The notes: generated by a model from the letters alone, not told the origin. 64,000 bases of DNA from Saprospiraceae bacterium (GCA_037968395.1 JBBKVK010000357.1:7-64006), one strand, 5' to 3'. Shown: positions 1 to 10,998, counted from the stretch's first letter. A program made the numbers and translations.

Positions 1-1
1 T

Positions 2-38
2 AAAGGGGAACAAATTCAAATTGAATTTGTTCCCCTTT
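2..38 (-). terminator. Hairpin terminator downstream of the cytochrome c peroxidase gene, possibly bidirectional
   Basis: Perfect 18-bp inverted repeat: AAAGGGGAACAAATTCAA (2-19) and TTGAATTTGTTCCCCTTT (21-38). It lies 26 nt past the minus-strand stop at 65-67. The plus-strand side is followed by a T-rich run. The minus-strand U-tract would lie beyond the window edge. Confidence 0.65.
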
Positions 39-64
39 ATTTAATTATTTTATCTTTCTACCTT

Positions 65-1234
65 CTAGTTAATAAAAGGGTCGCTAAATTTAGTATTTTT
101 TAATAACCCATCATCATTTAGAGTGTAAAAGAAAGCTATTAAGTCATCTTTATCCTGTTGAGTAAAATTCATTTTCATCGCTCCTCCATTTGTTTTTAAT
201 AAAGGATCAAGGTTTGAGTGATTCTGAATTCCTGTACTGTAATGCTCAATCACGTCTTTTAGTGTAGAAATGCTACCGTCATGCATATATGGTGCAGTCA
301 TTGTAATATTTCTTAAAGTTGGTACTTTAAATACGCCTTTGTCAAAAGTGTTACCAGTTTGGTCGCTAATACCATTATCGGTATAATTCATTTCTAAACC
401 ATTATTTGCTTTGATTTTAGAAGGAGCACCAAACGTAGAACTATGGCAAGATGCGCATTTATTAACATATATATTCTTACCTCTGTTTTCAGATTCTGTG
501 TATGATGCAAAAGCATAATTTTCAAGATTATTTAAATTACCCTTACTTTTAAAATGATCTGTAAGAGCGGCATCAAATTTACTTTCAAATGATCCTAAAG
601 CATTTACGAACTCCGATATTGATCTTAAAACATTTGTCTCATTGATCTCTCCAAAAAATTCTTTATTAAATAGTGGTTTGTAATACTCTAAATCATTTAC
701 TCTATCTACTACTTCATGCATTTTCATATCCATTTCTAAAGGATTGCCTAGAGTTTGTGAAGATTGATCACTTACTGTAAATGCTCTATTATCCCAAAAG
801 AAAGGAATACCTCCAAAAGAAGGATTGCCATAGTATTCGTTAAAGTTAAATGTAGATCCTAATGCTAAAGAATTTCTAGCTGTAGATCTATTTTGAACGC
901 CTTTACTTAAAGCTAAATCATCTGAGAATGCTATTTCTTGTTTGTGACAAGAAGCACATGATATCGTTCTATCCGATGATAAGTTTACATCATAAAATAA
1001 TACTCTACCTAAAGTAGCCATACCATTATCAAATTGTCGACCACCAAATCCTCTTGTATAATACTCAGGAAAATTTAGTGTGTAGTCCTCTGGATATGCA
1101 GGAATGTCAATATATTTAGACATTAATTCATGATCCCCTTCATCGTAGTAGTGAAATTTTACTTCTGCTCCTTCCTTAACACAAGAGTTAAGTAAAATAG
1201 CAAAAAACAAAAATCCTAAAATTTTAATTTTCAT
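65..1234 (-). CDS. Di-haem cytochrome c peroxidase (CCP/MauG family), lipoprotein
   Basis: Two CxxCH haem motifs (SCASCHKQ and KCASCHSS) at the spacing typical of bacterial CCPs. I place the start at the internal ATG at 1234 (MKIKILGFLFFAILLNSC, a lipoprotein signal) rather than the ORF-track start at 1408. Confidence 0.85.
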   Translation of the reverse strand: MKIKILGFLFFAILLNSCVKEGAEVKFHYYDEGDHELMSKYIDIPAYPEDYTLNFPEYYTRGFGGRQFDNGMATLGRVLFYDVNLSSDRTISCASCHKQEIAFSDDLALSKGVQNRSTARNSLALGSTFNFNEYYGNPSFGGIPFFWDNRAFTVSDQSSQTLGNPLEMDMKMHEVVDRVNDLEYYKPLFNKEFFGEINETNVLRSISEFVNALGSFESKFDAALTDHFKSKGNLNNLENYAFASYTESENRGKNIYVNKCASCHSSTFGAPSKIKANNGLEMNYTDNGISDQTGNTFDKGVFKVPTLRNITMTAPYMHDGSISTLKDVIEHYSTGIQNHSNLDPLLKTNGGAMKMNFTQQDKDDLIAFFYTLNDDGLLKNTKFSDPFIN

Positions 1235-1539
1235 AGTAATTGTTTTTTTTAATAAGACGGACATAATAAGGGTCCGGGTTGGGTAATAGATTAAAATAAA
1301 TATTAAATAGCCTAAAAAAGCTAAATCAGAACTAAAAATACTCAATAATTTTAACACAAACACGAAAATATTAAATTTTAACATTTCAGAAAATATGACC
1401 ATGATCATATATTTTGTTAAAATTGTGTTTTATAAGTTGTCTCTTTTGAAGTTTAATAACTTCATATTAACAAATTTATCATATCAAATTCCTACATTTG
1501 CCAGATACTTCTATTTTTTTAATCAAAGAGAAAAATTAC

Positions 1540-4500
1540 ATGTTATCATTTAAGAAAACTGTTAATATCACTGGTTTAATAGTATTGGCTATTACGTCCG
1601 TTGTCTACTTTATGTCAGTGGAAAGAACTGGAAGTTTGTGGGATTGTGGTGAGTTTATACTTGGAGCCTACAAATTACAAGTTGTTCACCCTCCTGGAGC
1701 AGGTCTCTTCATATTAGTAGGAAGATTATTTACATGGGTAGCAGACATTGTGAGCGATAAGCCTAGTGATATTGCATTTGCTGTAAACTTAATGTCAGGG
1801 TTATGTTCTGCCTTAGCTGCAATGTTCATAGCCTGGGTAACAATGATCTTAGGAAAAATAGCTTTAGTAGGATCAGCAGGCGAAACAAGTGACAGTGAAA
1901 ACGTAGCACTTTCTTTTGCAGGGCTTGCAGCAGGATTAGCAACAGCATTTTCTACTTCTATTTGGTTTAGCGCTGTAGAGGGTGAAGTATATGCAATGTC
2001 AACAATGTTTACGGCATTCACGTTTTGGTCAGCTATTAAATGGTATAACTTACCTAACAATAATAATGGTGATAGATGGTTGATATTTTCACTATTCGTA
2101 GCAGGGTTATCTGTAGGGATTCACTTATTGAGTATCTTAGCATTCCCTATGATTGCACTACTATATTACTTTAAGAAGTATGAAAAAAGAAGTCTTAAAG
2201 GTGCATTTGTTAGTATGTTGGCAGGAATAGGACTTCTCGTTTTTCTAATGAAAGTAGTGATTGTTGGCATACCTACTTTATGGAAAAATTTTGAATTATT
2301 TACAGTTAATACTTTAGGGTTACCTATTCACAGTGGATTACTTCCTACTGTTTTAGTTTTAATGGGTCTTGCTTTCTACTTATTTAGATATGCTGAAAAG
2401 CATAAGAGTCAAGTAATGCAAAATCTAGTAATGATTGCTTCTCTATTGGTAATAGGCTATAGCACAATAGGTATTGTCGTTGTAAGAGCTAATGCTGATA
2501 CACCAGTCAACATGAATACCCCTTCAAACGTGATGAGACTGATTCCTTACCTAAATAGAGAGCAATATGGAGAAAGGCCATTGGTAAAAGGCCCTCATTA
2601 TTTAGCAAAACCTTATGATGTAGATCGTGAAGAAAGATACGGTTTGGTAGGAGATCAATACAAAAAGGTAGATGAAAAATTTGATTATTTATATAGAGAC
2701 AATGATAAAATACTTTTCCCTAGAATCGGCCACTCAGACAGGTTAGAACTGCACAATGAATGGAGAAGAGTATTAACTGGTAGCACCTCAGGAAAACCAG
2801 GATTCCTATACAATATGGCATTCTTTTTTAAGTACCAAATAGGCTGGATGTACACCAGGTATTTTATGTGGAATTTTACAGGTAAACAAAATAGTGAGCA
2901 AGGATTTTTTCCTTGGGATGTAAGAAATGGTCATTGGATATCAGGTATCAAATTTATTGATGATGCAAGACTATACAATACTGACAAATTACCCGCTTCA
3001 ATGGCAAAAGAGCAGTCTAGAAATAAATATTACTTTTTACCACTGATATTTGGATTGCTAGGAGTTTTCTTCCATCTTTTTAGAAGTAAAAAAGAATTCT
3101 TAGCGATACTTCTGTTATTCTTAATAGCAGGTCTTGGTATCATTATCTATTCTAACCAACCGCCGCAAGAACCAAGAGAAAGAGATTATGTATTAGTAGG
3201 ATCCTTTATGACCTTCTGTGTTTGGATCGGTTTAGGGGTACTGGCCATATTCAGCTTACTTAGAGAGCGTCTCAAAATGAAAGGAATGGTCCCAGCAGTA
3301 GTGGCAGGCCTATTAGTACTTACCGCTCCTGTAATCATGGGATTCCAAAATTTTGATGACCATGATAGAAGTGAGCACTATGCATCAAGAGATTATGCAG
3401 CTAATTTCTTAAACTCAGTTGACAAAAATGCGATAATCTTTACTTATGGTGATAATGATACTTATCCTCTTTGGTACGCTCAAGAAGTGGAAAATATCAG
3501 AAGAGACGTAAGAGTAGTCAACCTAAGTCTAATACAAGTAGATTGGTATATTGAAAAATTAAGAAATAAGGTAAACGAATCAGATCCAATAAAATTAACC
3601 ATAGGATCAGAAGGGTACACAGGTAAAAGCTTAAATCAGATTTTCTTCCCAGAACAAGATAATGGGGGTACATTAAATCTATTAGATGCATTAGGCGCAA
3701 TGAATAAGACTTCAAATAGACCATCGTGGCCAAATCATAGGTTATCCATTCCTATAGATCAAAACAAAATTGCAGCTTCAGGTTTGTTTAATTTAGATTC
3801 ATTACCAATACAGGATATTGTGATTGACTTGCCAGCAAACAAGCAGTATTTGACTAAAGATGAGATCGCAATCCTTGACGTCGTAGCTTCAAATATATAT
3901 GAAAGACCTATCTATTTTGCAGTAACATGTAAAAACGAAAAGTTGATGAACCTTAACGACTATATGCAATTGGAAGGGTTAGCATTGAGGGTGATTCCAA
4001 CTAAATCCCAAAGCGATAGATCGCTTTCCATATATGGTAGCGGAAGAGTTGCCTTAGACAAGGCTTATAATAACATAATGACGCATTGGGCTTGGGGTAA
4101 TTTTGATAAAATAGATACTCACATAGACAATAGTTACATGGCAGAAGTGCAAGCTATGAAGTACACCATGTTGAGAACAGCTCTTGGGTTCCTTTATGCA
4201 AAAGATAATGCTAAAGCCTCTGATATAGTTAATAAATATTTTGAAGGATTTCCTAATATGAATTTTAGATATGATGCAGGTATTAGTCCTTTCTTAAATA
4301 TATTAGTGCAAGCACAGGACTTTGAAAGTGTCAAGAAAAATGTGAGCATACTTACTGAAGAAGTAGTACAACAAGGAGAATTTTTATTGTCATTAGACCC
4401 TAGTGACTTATTCTCTTTTGATCAAGATCTTGATATGGCTATACAAGGATTAAATGAAGTTTTATCAACAAGTTCGAGGATTAATGATGAAGCTTATGCT

Positions 4501-4572
4501 GCAGAAATAAAAACTAAAGTAGGAAGTTTACAACAAGACTTAACTCAATTAAGAGCATCCATTACTCAATAA
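1540..4572 (+). CDS. Large polytopic membrane protein, DUF2723/TMEM260-like GT-C-fold glycosyltransferase candidate
   Basis: About 1010 aa with an N-terminal WDCGEF motif and more than 10 predicted TM helices, then a large soluble C-terminal half. ATG at 1540 (MLSFKK) is preferred over the TTG at 1498. Confidence 0.65.
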   Translation: MLSFKKTVNITGLIVLAITSVVYFMSVERTGSLWDCGEFILGAYKLQVVHPPGAGLFILVGRLFTWVADIVSDKPSDIAFAVNLMSGLCSALAAMFIAWVTMILGKIALVGSAGETSDSENVALSFAGLAAGLATAFSTSIWFSAVEGEVYAMSTMFTAFTFWSAIKWYNLPNNNNGDRWLIFSLFVAGLSVGIHLLSILAFPMIALLYYFKKYEKRSLKGAFVSMLAGIGLLVFLMKVVIVGIPTLWKNFELFTVNTLGLPIHSGLLPTVLVLMGLAFYLFRYAEKHKSQVMQNLVMIASLLVIGYSTIGIVVVRANADTPVNMNTPSNVMRLIPYLNREQYGERPLVKGPHYLAKPYDVDREERYGLVGDQYKKVDEKFDYLYRDNDKILFPRIGHSDRLELHNEWRRVLTGSTSGKPGFLYNMAFFFKYQIGWMYTRYFMWNFTGKQNSEQGFFPWDVRNGHWISGIKFIDDARLYNTDKLPASMAKEQSRNKYYFLPLIFGLLGVFFHLFRSKKEFLAILLLFLIAGLGIIIYSNQPPQEPRERDYVLVGSFMTFCVWIGLGVLAIFSLLRERLKMKGMVPAVVAGLLVLTAPVIMGFQNFDDHDRSEHYASRDYAANFLNSVDKNAIIFTYGDNDTYPLWYAQEVENIRRDVRVVNLSLIQVDWYIEKLRNKVNESDPIKLTIGSEGYTGKSLNQIFFPEQDNGGTLNLLDALGAMNKTSNRPSWPNHRLSIPIDQNKIAASGLFNLDSLPIQDIVIDLPANKQYLTKDEIAILDVVASNIYERPIYFAVTCKNEKLMNLNDYMQLEGLALRVIPTKSQSDRSLSIYGSGRVALDKAYNNIMTHWAWGNFDKIDTHIDNSYMAEVQAMKYTMLRTALGFLYAKDNAKASDIVNKYFEGFPNMNFRYDAGISPFLNILVQAQDFESVKKNVSILTEEVVQQGEFLLSLDPSDLFSFDQDLDMAIQGLNEVLSTSSRINDEAYAAEIKTKVGSLQQDLTQLRASITQ

Positions 4573-4579
4573 TTATTAA

Positions 4580-5020
4580 ATGAAGGTTAACAAGATTTTT
4601 ATTGGAAGTGATCATGCAGGGTTTGAAGTCAAAGCGAAATTGATTAAATACATAGAAAAGACAAAAAAAATAAGTGCCATAGACAAAGGCACTTATTCAA
4701 CGGAGTCAACAGATTATCCTGATTATGCTCATGCGGTTGCATCAGAAGTAGCACAAGGGGATAATGCTTATGGTATTTTGATATGTGGATCTGGTAATGG
4801 AGTTTGCATGACCGCTAATAAACATGATGGCATACGAGCTGGTCTTGTTTGGGAAAAAGAAATTGCAGAGCTAATAAGACTTCACAACGATGCAAATATT
4901 ATTTGTCTTCCTGCCAGATTTATTTCATATCGTAAAATGATTTCGATAATTAATACGTTCCTAAGTACATCATTTGAAGGGGGAAGGCATCAAAGACGAG
5001 TTGACAAAATTTCATGTTAA
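4580..5020 (+). CDS. rpiB: Ribose-5-phosphate isomerase B
   Basis: IGSDHAGFEVK and ILICGSGNGVCMTANK motifs. The 146-aa size is typical of RpiB/LacAB. Confidence 0.9.
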   Translation: MKVNKIFIGSDHAGFEVKAKLIKYIEKTKKISAIDKGTYSTESTDYPDYAHAVASEVAQGDNAYGILICGSGNGVCMTANKHDGIRAGLVWEKEIAELIRLHNDANIICLPARFISYRKMISIINTFLSTSFEGGRHQRRVDKISC

Positions 5021-5154
5021 TATTGCCTAACTCTTCAGATTAATAAAAGTTAAAATTAGAACTTAGATCATTTAGAATTGAATAATAAATTTGTGTAGAA
5101 CAATTCACTGTATAATTCATTATATCTTTGTTCTTAGTTAAAATTAATAAACTC

Positions 5155-6774
5155 ATGAAGATTAAAATTACCTCCTTATTACTTGTGGCGATGTCTACAA
5201 TGTATGGACAATATATAAGCAATGTTACAGTTCCTGACAGTACTAAAACATTGGTCGTTGATCAAACAGATCTATCGGTAAAATATGCAAATACCATAAC
5301 AGCTGCAGACTTAAAAGCCCATTTATCAATATTGGCATCTGATGAATATGAAGGCAGAGAAACGGGTGAACCAGGAAATGACAAAGCATCATTATATATC
5401 TCACAACAGCTTAATAAAAAAAGCGCTGTAGATTTAAAAGTAAATAAGTCTCCATATCAAAATGTAGCCTTTACATTTTCATCATGGACAGAAACAGAAA
5501 TGTTTATCAATGGTGATAGATACCGTCATTTATGGGATTATCTTAACTTTCCAAACAAAAATGAAAACAAACCTGCCATAGTTTCTAAAGAAGTGTATTT
5601 CCTAGGTTATGGCATAGATGATCCAAATTATAGTGATTACGGTAAACAAGATTTGAAGGGAAAGGTGATAATGATAAATAGAGGAGAACCATATAATAGG
5701 GATAGTCTATCATATATCACTAAGTCCAAAGAATCATCAGAATGGTCATCAAATATTGATAAAAAACTAGAAATAGCTAAAAAGAAAGGCGTTGCTTTAG
5801 TGCTGATTATTGATGAAGATATTAAGAAATTACTAGGTGAAAATAGAAAATATCTATTGGGACCAGTGGTAGAATTAGGAGATAAAACTAAAACACCAAA
5901 AACACTTGCTAATCATGCATATATCTCAACAACGATTGCTAAAGCTTTAATTGGCAAAAATGAAAAAAAGATTTTAAAGGTAAGAAAAAAAATAACCAAA
6001 AGAGGGAGATCAAAAGCTGTCAAGCTTCAAGCAGAATTCCTAATTAATCAAATGGTTTCACAAAAAACTTTGATTGGTAAAAATGTAATTGGTTTCTACG
6101 AAGGCACTACCAAAAAAGATGAAATTTTAGTCATTTCAGCACATTACGACCACATAGGCAAAAGAGGAGAAGAGGTGTTTAATGGGGCAGATGATAATGG
6201 CTCTGGTACAAGTACCGTTCTTGAAATAGTCGGAGCCTTTGAAGCAGCAAGAAAAGATTCTGTAATGTGTAAAAGATCAATATTATTCTTATTCGCAACT
6301 GGTGAAGAAAAAGGGCTTCTTGGGTCTCAATATTATAGTGAAAACCCTATTTATCCGTTAGAAAATACAATTGCAGATATCAATATTGACATGGTGGGTA
6401 GAGTAGATAAAAAGTATGAGGGAAATCCTAATTATATCTATGTCATTGGATCTGATCGTTTATCGACTGATCTTCATAGGATTAATGAAGAATTAAATGC
6501 TAAGTACAGTGGTTTGACGCTAGATTATACATACAATGATGAAAAAGACCCTAATAGGTATTACTACAGGTCTGATCATTACAATTTTGCTAAAAACGGT
6601 ATTCCAGCAATATTTTTCTTTAATGGTGTCCACCCGGATTATCACCAAGCGACAGATACTGTAGATAAAATTGATTTTGATATCATGGCCAAGAGAGGAA
6701 AGCAAATTTTTCACCTAGCATGGGATCTAGCAAATAGAGAAGAAAGAATTACAGTAGATGGTGTTGTAAAATAA
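5155..6774 (+). CDS. Secreted M28-family aminopeptidase with PA domain
   Basis: GADDNGSGTSTVLE zinc-ligand motif and FATGEEKGLLGSQYY. Signal peptide MKIKITSLLLVAMSTMYGQ starts at the ATG at 5155. Confidence 0.8.
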   Translation: MKIKITSLLLVAMSTMYGQYISNVTVPDSTKTLVVDQTDLSVKYANTITAADLKAHLSILASDEYEGRETGEPGNDKASLYISQQLNKKSAVDLKVNKSPYQNVAFTFSSWTETEMFINGDRYRHLWDYLNFPNKNENKPAIVSKEVYFLGYGIDDPNYSDYGKQDLKGKVIMINRGEPYNRDSLSYITKSKESSEWSSNIDKKLEIAKKKGVALVLIIDEDIKKLLGENRKYLLGPVVELGDKTKTPKTLANHAYISTTIAKALIGKNEKKILKVRKKITKRGRSKAVKLQAEFLINQMVSQKTLIGKNVIGFYEGTTKKDEILVISAHYDHIGKRGEEVFNGADDNGSGTSTVLEIVGAFEAARKDSVMCKRSILFLFATGEEKGLLGSQYYSENPIYPLENTIADINIDMVGRVDKKYEGNPNYIYVIGSDRLSTDLHRINEELNAKYSGLTLDYTYNDEKDPNRYYYRSDHYNFAKNGIPAIFFFNGVHPDYHQATDTVDKIDFDIMAKRGKQIFHLAWDLANREERITVDGVVK

Positions 6775-6813
6775 TTATATATCCAAAAATCAAATAAACC
6801 CAAAAGTAAGATT

Positions 6814-8283
6814 ATGAATAACAATATATCTGCCCTAGAACCAAAATCTCTTTGGAAAAATTTTGTAGCCTTAAATGCAGTGCCAAGACCTTCAAAAAAA
6901 GAAGAAAGAGTCATTGCTTTTGCTAAAAAATTTGGAGAAGATTTAGGTCTAAAAACAATTGTGGATCATATTGGGAATGTTATCATAAAGAAACCTGCTT
7001 CTCCAGGAATGGAAGATAGAAAAATGATTGTAATGCAAAGCCATTTAGACATGGTTCATCAAAAAAATAGTGATACTGTATTTGATTTTAATTCTGAGGG
7101 AATTAAAATGTATATCGATGGTGACTGGGTAAAAGCTGATGGTACAACTTTAGGTGCTGATAATGGCATTGGGGTAGCAACAATCATGGCAGTACTCGAA
7201 TCTAAAACTATAGCACATCCAGCGATAGAAGCTCTTTTTACAATTGATGAAGAAACTGGGATGACTGGGGCTTTAGAGTTAAAAGGTGGTCTATTAGAAG
7301 GAGAAATAATGCTCAACCTTGATACAGAAGATGATCGAGAGTTAACAATAGGATGCGCAGGAGGCGTTGATATTACTGCTACAGGCAAGCTTCCTCTTGA
7401 GCCATATGATAAATCCAATTACAAAGGCATTAAACTAAAAGTAAGTGGCCTTACTGGGGGACATTCTGGCATGGACATTCACCTAGGAAGAGGCAATGCA
7501 AACAAGATTATTAACAGGGTGCTTTATGATCTACTAAATGAATGCGATATCAAAATTGAATCAATTGATGGAGGTGGACTAAGAAATGCCATCCCTAGAG
7601 AATCAGCAGCACTTATTGGTCTTGCCAAATCTGATTATGAAGAGGCAAAAGATATTATTGGTGAATTACATAATGTCCTAATTGACGAATATCGAATCAC
7701 GGACCCTAATCTAACTATTAGCTTAGATGACTCCACATTAGAGGGCCAATGCATATCTCAAGATTTTGCTGTACAAATAGTAAGTGCCATATACGCCTGC
7801 CCTAATGGTATTTATAGAATGAGCCCTGACATCAAAGACTTAGTGCAAACATCTAATAACCTTGCTAGGGTCCTTGTAAATAAAGGAAATTATGAAATAT
7901 TGTGTTTGACAAGAAGTTCGGTTGATTCAGAAAAAATGGATTTAACTAATGCGATATCCTCAGCTTTCCAGTTAATGGGTGCAGACATCGCAACTGGTGG
8001 ATCTTACCCAGGATGGACACCTAAACTAGGCTCAGATATTGTATCATTGATGAGTGACTTGTATAGAAAAAAATACAAGGAAGAACCCCATGTCAATGCT
8101 TGTCATGCTGGGTTAGAGTGTGGTATTTTAGGTACAAATTATCCAGAGATGGAAATGATTTCATTTGGACCAAATATTAGAGGCGCTCATTCACCTGACG
8201 AAAAAGTCCAAATCAGCTCTGTTCAAAAATATTGGGATTACCTTTTAGATACCTTAAAAGTGATTCCAAAAAAGGGTAATTGA
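6814..8283 (+). CDS. pepD: Aminoacyl-histidine (Xaa-His) dipeptidase, M20C
   Basis: N-terminal LEPKSLWKNFVALNAVPRPSKKE signature. HLDMV, GADNGIG and IDEETGMTGA motifs. 489 aa. Confidence 0.85.
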   Translation: MNNNISALEPKSLWKNFVALNAVPRPSKKEERVIAFAKKFGEDLGLKTIVDHIGNVIIKKPASPGMEDRKMIVMQSHLDMVHQKNSDTVFDFNSEGIKMYIDGDWVKADGTTLGADNGIGVATIMAVLESKTIAHPAIEALFTIDEETGMTGALELKGGLLEGEIMLNLDTEDDRELTIGCAGGVDITATGKLPLEPYDKSNYKGIKLKVSGLTGGHSGMDIHLGRGNANKIINRVLYDLLNECDIKIESIDGGGLRNAIPRESAALIGLAKSDYEEAKDIIGELHNVLIDEYRITDPNLTISLDDSTLEGQCISQDFAVQIVSAIYACPNGIYRMSPDIKDLVQTSNNLARVLVNKGNYEILCLTRSSVDSEKMDLTNAISSAFQLMGADIATGGSYPGWTPKLGSDIVSLMSDLYRKKYKEEPHVNACHAGLECGILGTNYPEMEMISFGPNIRGAHSPDEKVQISSVQKYWDYLLDTLKVIPKKGN

Positions 8284-8287
8284 TTGA

Positions 8288-9514
8288 TTATTCTTGGGAT
8301 TGATGTATTACAGTATTAATCTTACTTGTAGACTCTAGAGTCTTGTGCACTGGGCATCTGTCTGCAATTTGCAACAACCTATCCAATTGCTCTTGCTTTA
8401 AGTTTCCTATGATTTCTATTTCTCTTTCAAAGACATCGAGTCTTCTGTCTTGCTCACTGCAGTTTTCACAATCATCCTTGTAGCTTCTATTATATTCTAG
8501 ATGAACTCTTACTTCTTCTATTGACCACTTTTTTCGTCTGGCATACATTTGAAGAGTCATGACGGTACAAGCCCCTAATGCAGCACTCAATAATTCATAT
8601 GGAGAAGGTCCAAAGTCTTGCCCTCCTAGATCTTCAGACTCATCAGCAACAAAACCATGTTTACCAGCAATGATATCTGTCGTAAACCCATCACTTCCCA
8701 ATCTTGCTACCACTTGTCTATGTGTCCTCAATTTTTTCTGCTCGACTCCGCCAATATCTATATACCTGTTAACCCATGAGGAGATGACATTACCAGCATA
8801 GTAAGCATCTTCTTTATTAGTTAACATGTGGTTAGCATTGTTTAATGTAATAAAGCTTTTAGGGTGAAAAGCATGATGATAAATGTTTGCTGCATTATCA
8901 ATGTCTACGATACTGTCTTGAGGAGAATGCAACACTAATAATGCTTTACGAAAATCCTTTAGGACTTCTAGCATTGAATTATTTTCTAAATCTTGCAAGA
9001 ATTCTTTCTTTATAACAAATTCTTGTCCTCCAATATTAACCCTTGCTTTGCCTTCCTTTTCTATCTCGTCAATTTTACTTCTCAATAAGTGTTTGACATG
9101 TTTAGGTTCAGAAGGAGCTCCTATGGTTGCCACAGCTTTTATTGATTCAATCTTAGAAGCAGCAAATATAGATGCCGCTCCTCCCAATGAGTGCCCGACA
9201 ATGACTTTAGGTGCTTCATAATTGGTTGCCAAATAATCACATGCTGCTACAATATCATCTACATTTCCGGTAAAAGTACTATCTGTAAAATCTCCTTCAC
9301 TTTCTCCTAATCCTGTAAAATCAAATCTTAAAACAGCAATTCCATTTAATGTGAGTGCTCTACTAATATTCCTAGTCGCTGACAAATTTTTATTACCTGT
9401 AAACACATGTGCGAATACAGCATATGCATGGGGTTTATTTGTAATGGGAAATTCTATAGATCCTGAAAGTTGATAGTTATTCTTATTAGTAAATTTTACT
9501 TTTAATGATGGCAT
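8288..9514 (-). CDS. Fusion of alpha/beta hydrolase (N-terminal) and OsmC/Ohr-family domain (C-terminal)
   Basis: GHSLGG nucleophile elbow in the first ~260 aa. OsmC-like GPSPYELLSAALGACTVMTLQMYARRKKW in the last ~140 aa. Confidence 0.8.
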   Translation of the reverse strand: MPSLKVKFTNKNNYQLSGSIEFPITNKPHAYAVFAHVFTGNKNLSATRNISRALTLNGIAVLRFDFTGLGESEGDFTDSTFTGNVDDIVAACDYLATNYEAPKVIVGHSLGGAASIFAASKIESIKAVATIGAPSEPKHVKHLLRSKIDEIEKEGKARVNIGGQEFVIKKEFLQDLENNSMLEVLKDFRKALLVLHSPQDSIVDIDNAANIYHHAFHPKSFITLNNANHMLTNKEDAYYAGNVISSWVNRYIDIGGVEQKKLRTHRQVVARLGSDGFTTDIIAGKHGFVADESEDLGGQDFGPSPYELLSAALGACTVMTLQMYARRKKWSIEEVRVHLEYNRSYKDDCENCSEQDRRLDVFEREIEIIGNLKQEQLDRLLQIADRCPVHKTLESTSKINTVIHQSQE

Positions 9515-9608
9515 AGGACGTAATTACTGTTTAAAAGTAAATATACCCTATTTCGAGCAAAGAAATTTTAATAATTAGGTTGAATTAAGTCGGATAACTC
9601 TAATTATA

Positions 9609-10871
9609 CTAAATATTTTTTGTCAGCTGTTGCACTACTTTAAATTCACTCAAGAACACTTTAGCTATAACTCGTAATACTGTATAAACTGGGATTGCTA
9701 AAACCATACCTAATACACCTCCAATTTTTGCTCCAATCAAGACGACAAGAAATATTTCTAGTGGGTGAGCTTTTACGCTTTTAGAAAATATTGTAGGTTG
9801 CAAAATGAAATTATCAAGGGTTTGCATCAAAGCGAATACTATAACTACTTTAGTCAATTGCGGTAAAATTATAGCATAAAAATCCACATCCAAATTAGAG
9901 GAGACAGTAATCATCAAAGCAAAAGAAGCCCCAATAATCGGTCCGATATATGGAATTACATTCATTATTGCTGCAAAAAAACCAATAAGTAATGCATTAC
10001 GAACACCTAAAACTGATAAAGCAATAGAAACAAACAATGTAATAAAAAACATCTGCAGCAATACTCCACTAAAATACCTAATCAACAGCCTTGAAGTATG
10101 ATCAATGGCTTGTGTAGTCCTATCTTCATACTTATTAGGCACAGCCGCTTTGATCATGTTATAAAAGAGACCTTGCTCTTTCAGAAAGAAGAACGCGATG
10201 AAAAAGACAGAGGCTATACCAACTATGATATTACCAAAAGCACTAACTGTTGAAGTGAATAGTCCTTGAATCCGCTTTGGATTGATATAGTATCCTATGC
10301 TAGATTTTAGTTTTTCGAAAAAATCTACTTCTTGGACTACTTCGTTTTGTTTAGAATCTTTTACTAAACCTGAGGCATCAATTTTTACATACAAATTGAT
10401 GTTTTTTAGCACGGTGCTATCATAAGGATTAACGATATTATCAACGGTGATTTGTTGGTCGAATATGTGATTATTAGCCAACTTGTCAGTAGAAAGACTA
10501 TCCGGTATTTGCTGCTTTGGTACAATCAACTTTTTGTCAATAAGCCAATTTTCCCAATCACTCAAAGGTTGCTCTACAGAAGTCAATACTTTTTCATAAT
10601 CAATGCTCGATAAATTCTTAACTTGTGTAACTAAAGGGGGTACAAATATGTAAAGTAACAAAGTAAATCCTAAAAAGAAAAGACCTAGGGTGATTGCAGC
10701 AGCAAGGTTTTTACCCAAATACTTTCTTAAGAAAACAACTAATGGCGTTCCAATCATTGAGATTACCCATGCCAATACGACATAACTTACTATCTCTCTA
10801 AAAAAGTAAAGAATAGACCCTACAACTAGTAGAGAAACAGCCGCTATTATATATCTTGTATTGAATTTCAA
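9609..10871 (-). CDS. AI-2E family (PerM/UPF0118) transporter with a large extracytoplasmic loop
   Basis: Multi-TM profile. The C-terminal half (IPYIGPIIGA...LDNFILQP...HPLEIF) is typical of the AI-2E family. Confidence 0.7.
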   Translation of the reverse strand: MKFNTRYIIAAVSLLVVGSILYFFREIVSYVVLAWVISMIGTPLVVFLRKYLGKNLAAAITLGLFFLGFTLLLYIFVPPLVTQVKNLSSIDYEKVLTSVEQPLSDWENWLIDKKLIVPKQQIPDSLSTDKLANNHIFDQQITVDNIVNPYDSTVLKNINLYVKIDASGLVKDSKQNEVVQEVDFFEKLKSSIGYYINPKRIQGLFTSTVSAFGNIIVGIASVFFIAFFFLKEQGLFYNMIKAAVPNKYEDRTTQAIDHTSRLLIRYFSGVLLQMFFITLFVSIALSVLGVRNALLIGFFAAIMNVIPYIGPIIGASFALMITVSSNLDVDFYAIILPQLTKVVIVFALMQTLDNFILQPTIFSKSVKAHPLEIFLVVLIGAKIGGVLGMVLAIPVYTVLRVIAKVFLSEFKVVQQLTKNI

Positions 10872-10968
10872 TTGAAAGTATTTGTTACAAATGTAGTTTC
10901 AAAAATTCAATTTAAGAAAATTAGGTGAATATTATAGACCAAGCGTCGTACTACTCCTATAAATTTTC

Positions 10969-10976
10969 TAATTTTG
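10969..10976 (+). promoter_or_regulatory. Bacteroidota -7 promoter box (TAATTTTG matches TAnnTTTG) upstream of the DUF92 gene
   Basis: Exact match to TAnnTTTG, 23 nt upstream of the start at 10999. No clear -33 TTTG. Confidence 0.3.
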
Positions 10977-10998
10977 AGTATCAAAGAATAATAATAGA

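Noticed and set aside
1235-1408. N-terminal 58-aa extension of the cytochrome c peroxidase ORF as given in the ORF track
   Set aside because: The extension is a hydrophobic, low-complexity translation of AT-rich upstream DNA. An internal ATG at 1234 gives a canonical lipoprotein signal peptide. The same logic was applied to 1498, 5128, 34670, 44560, 51043 and 51111.
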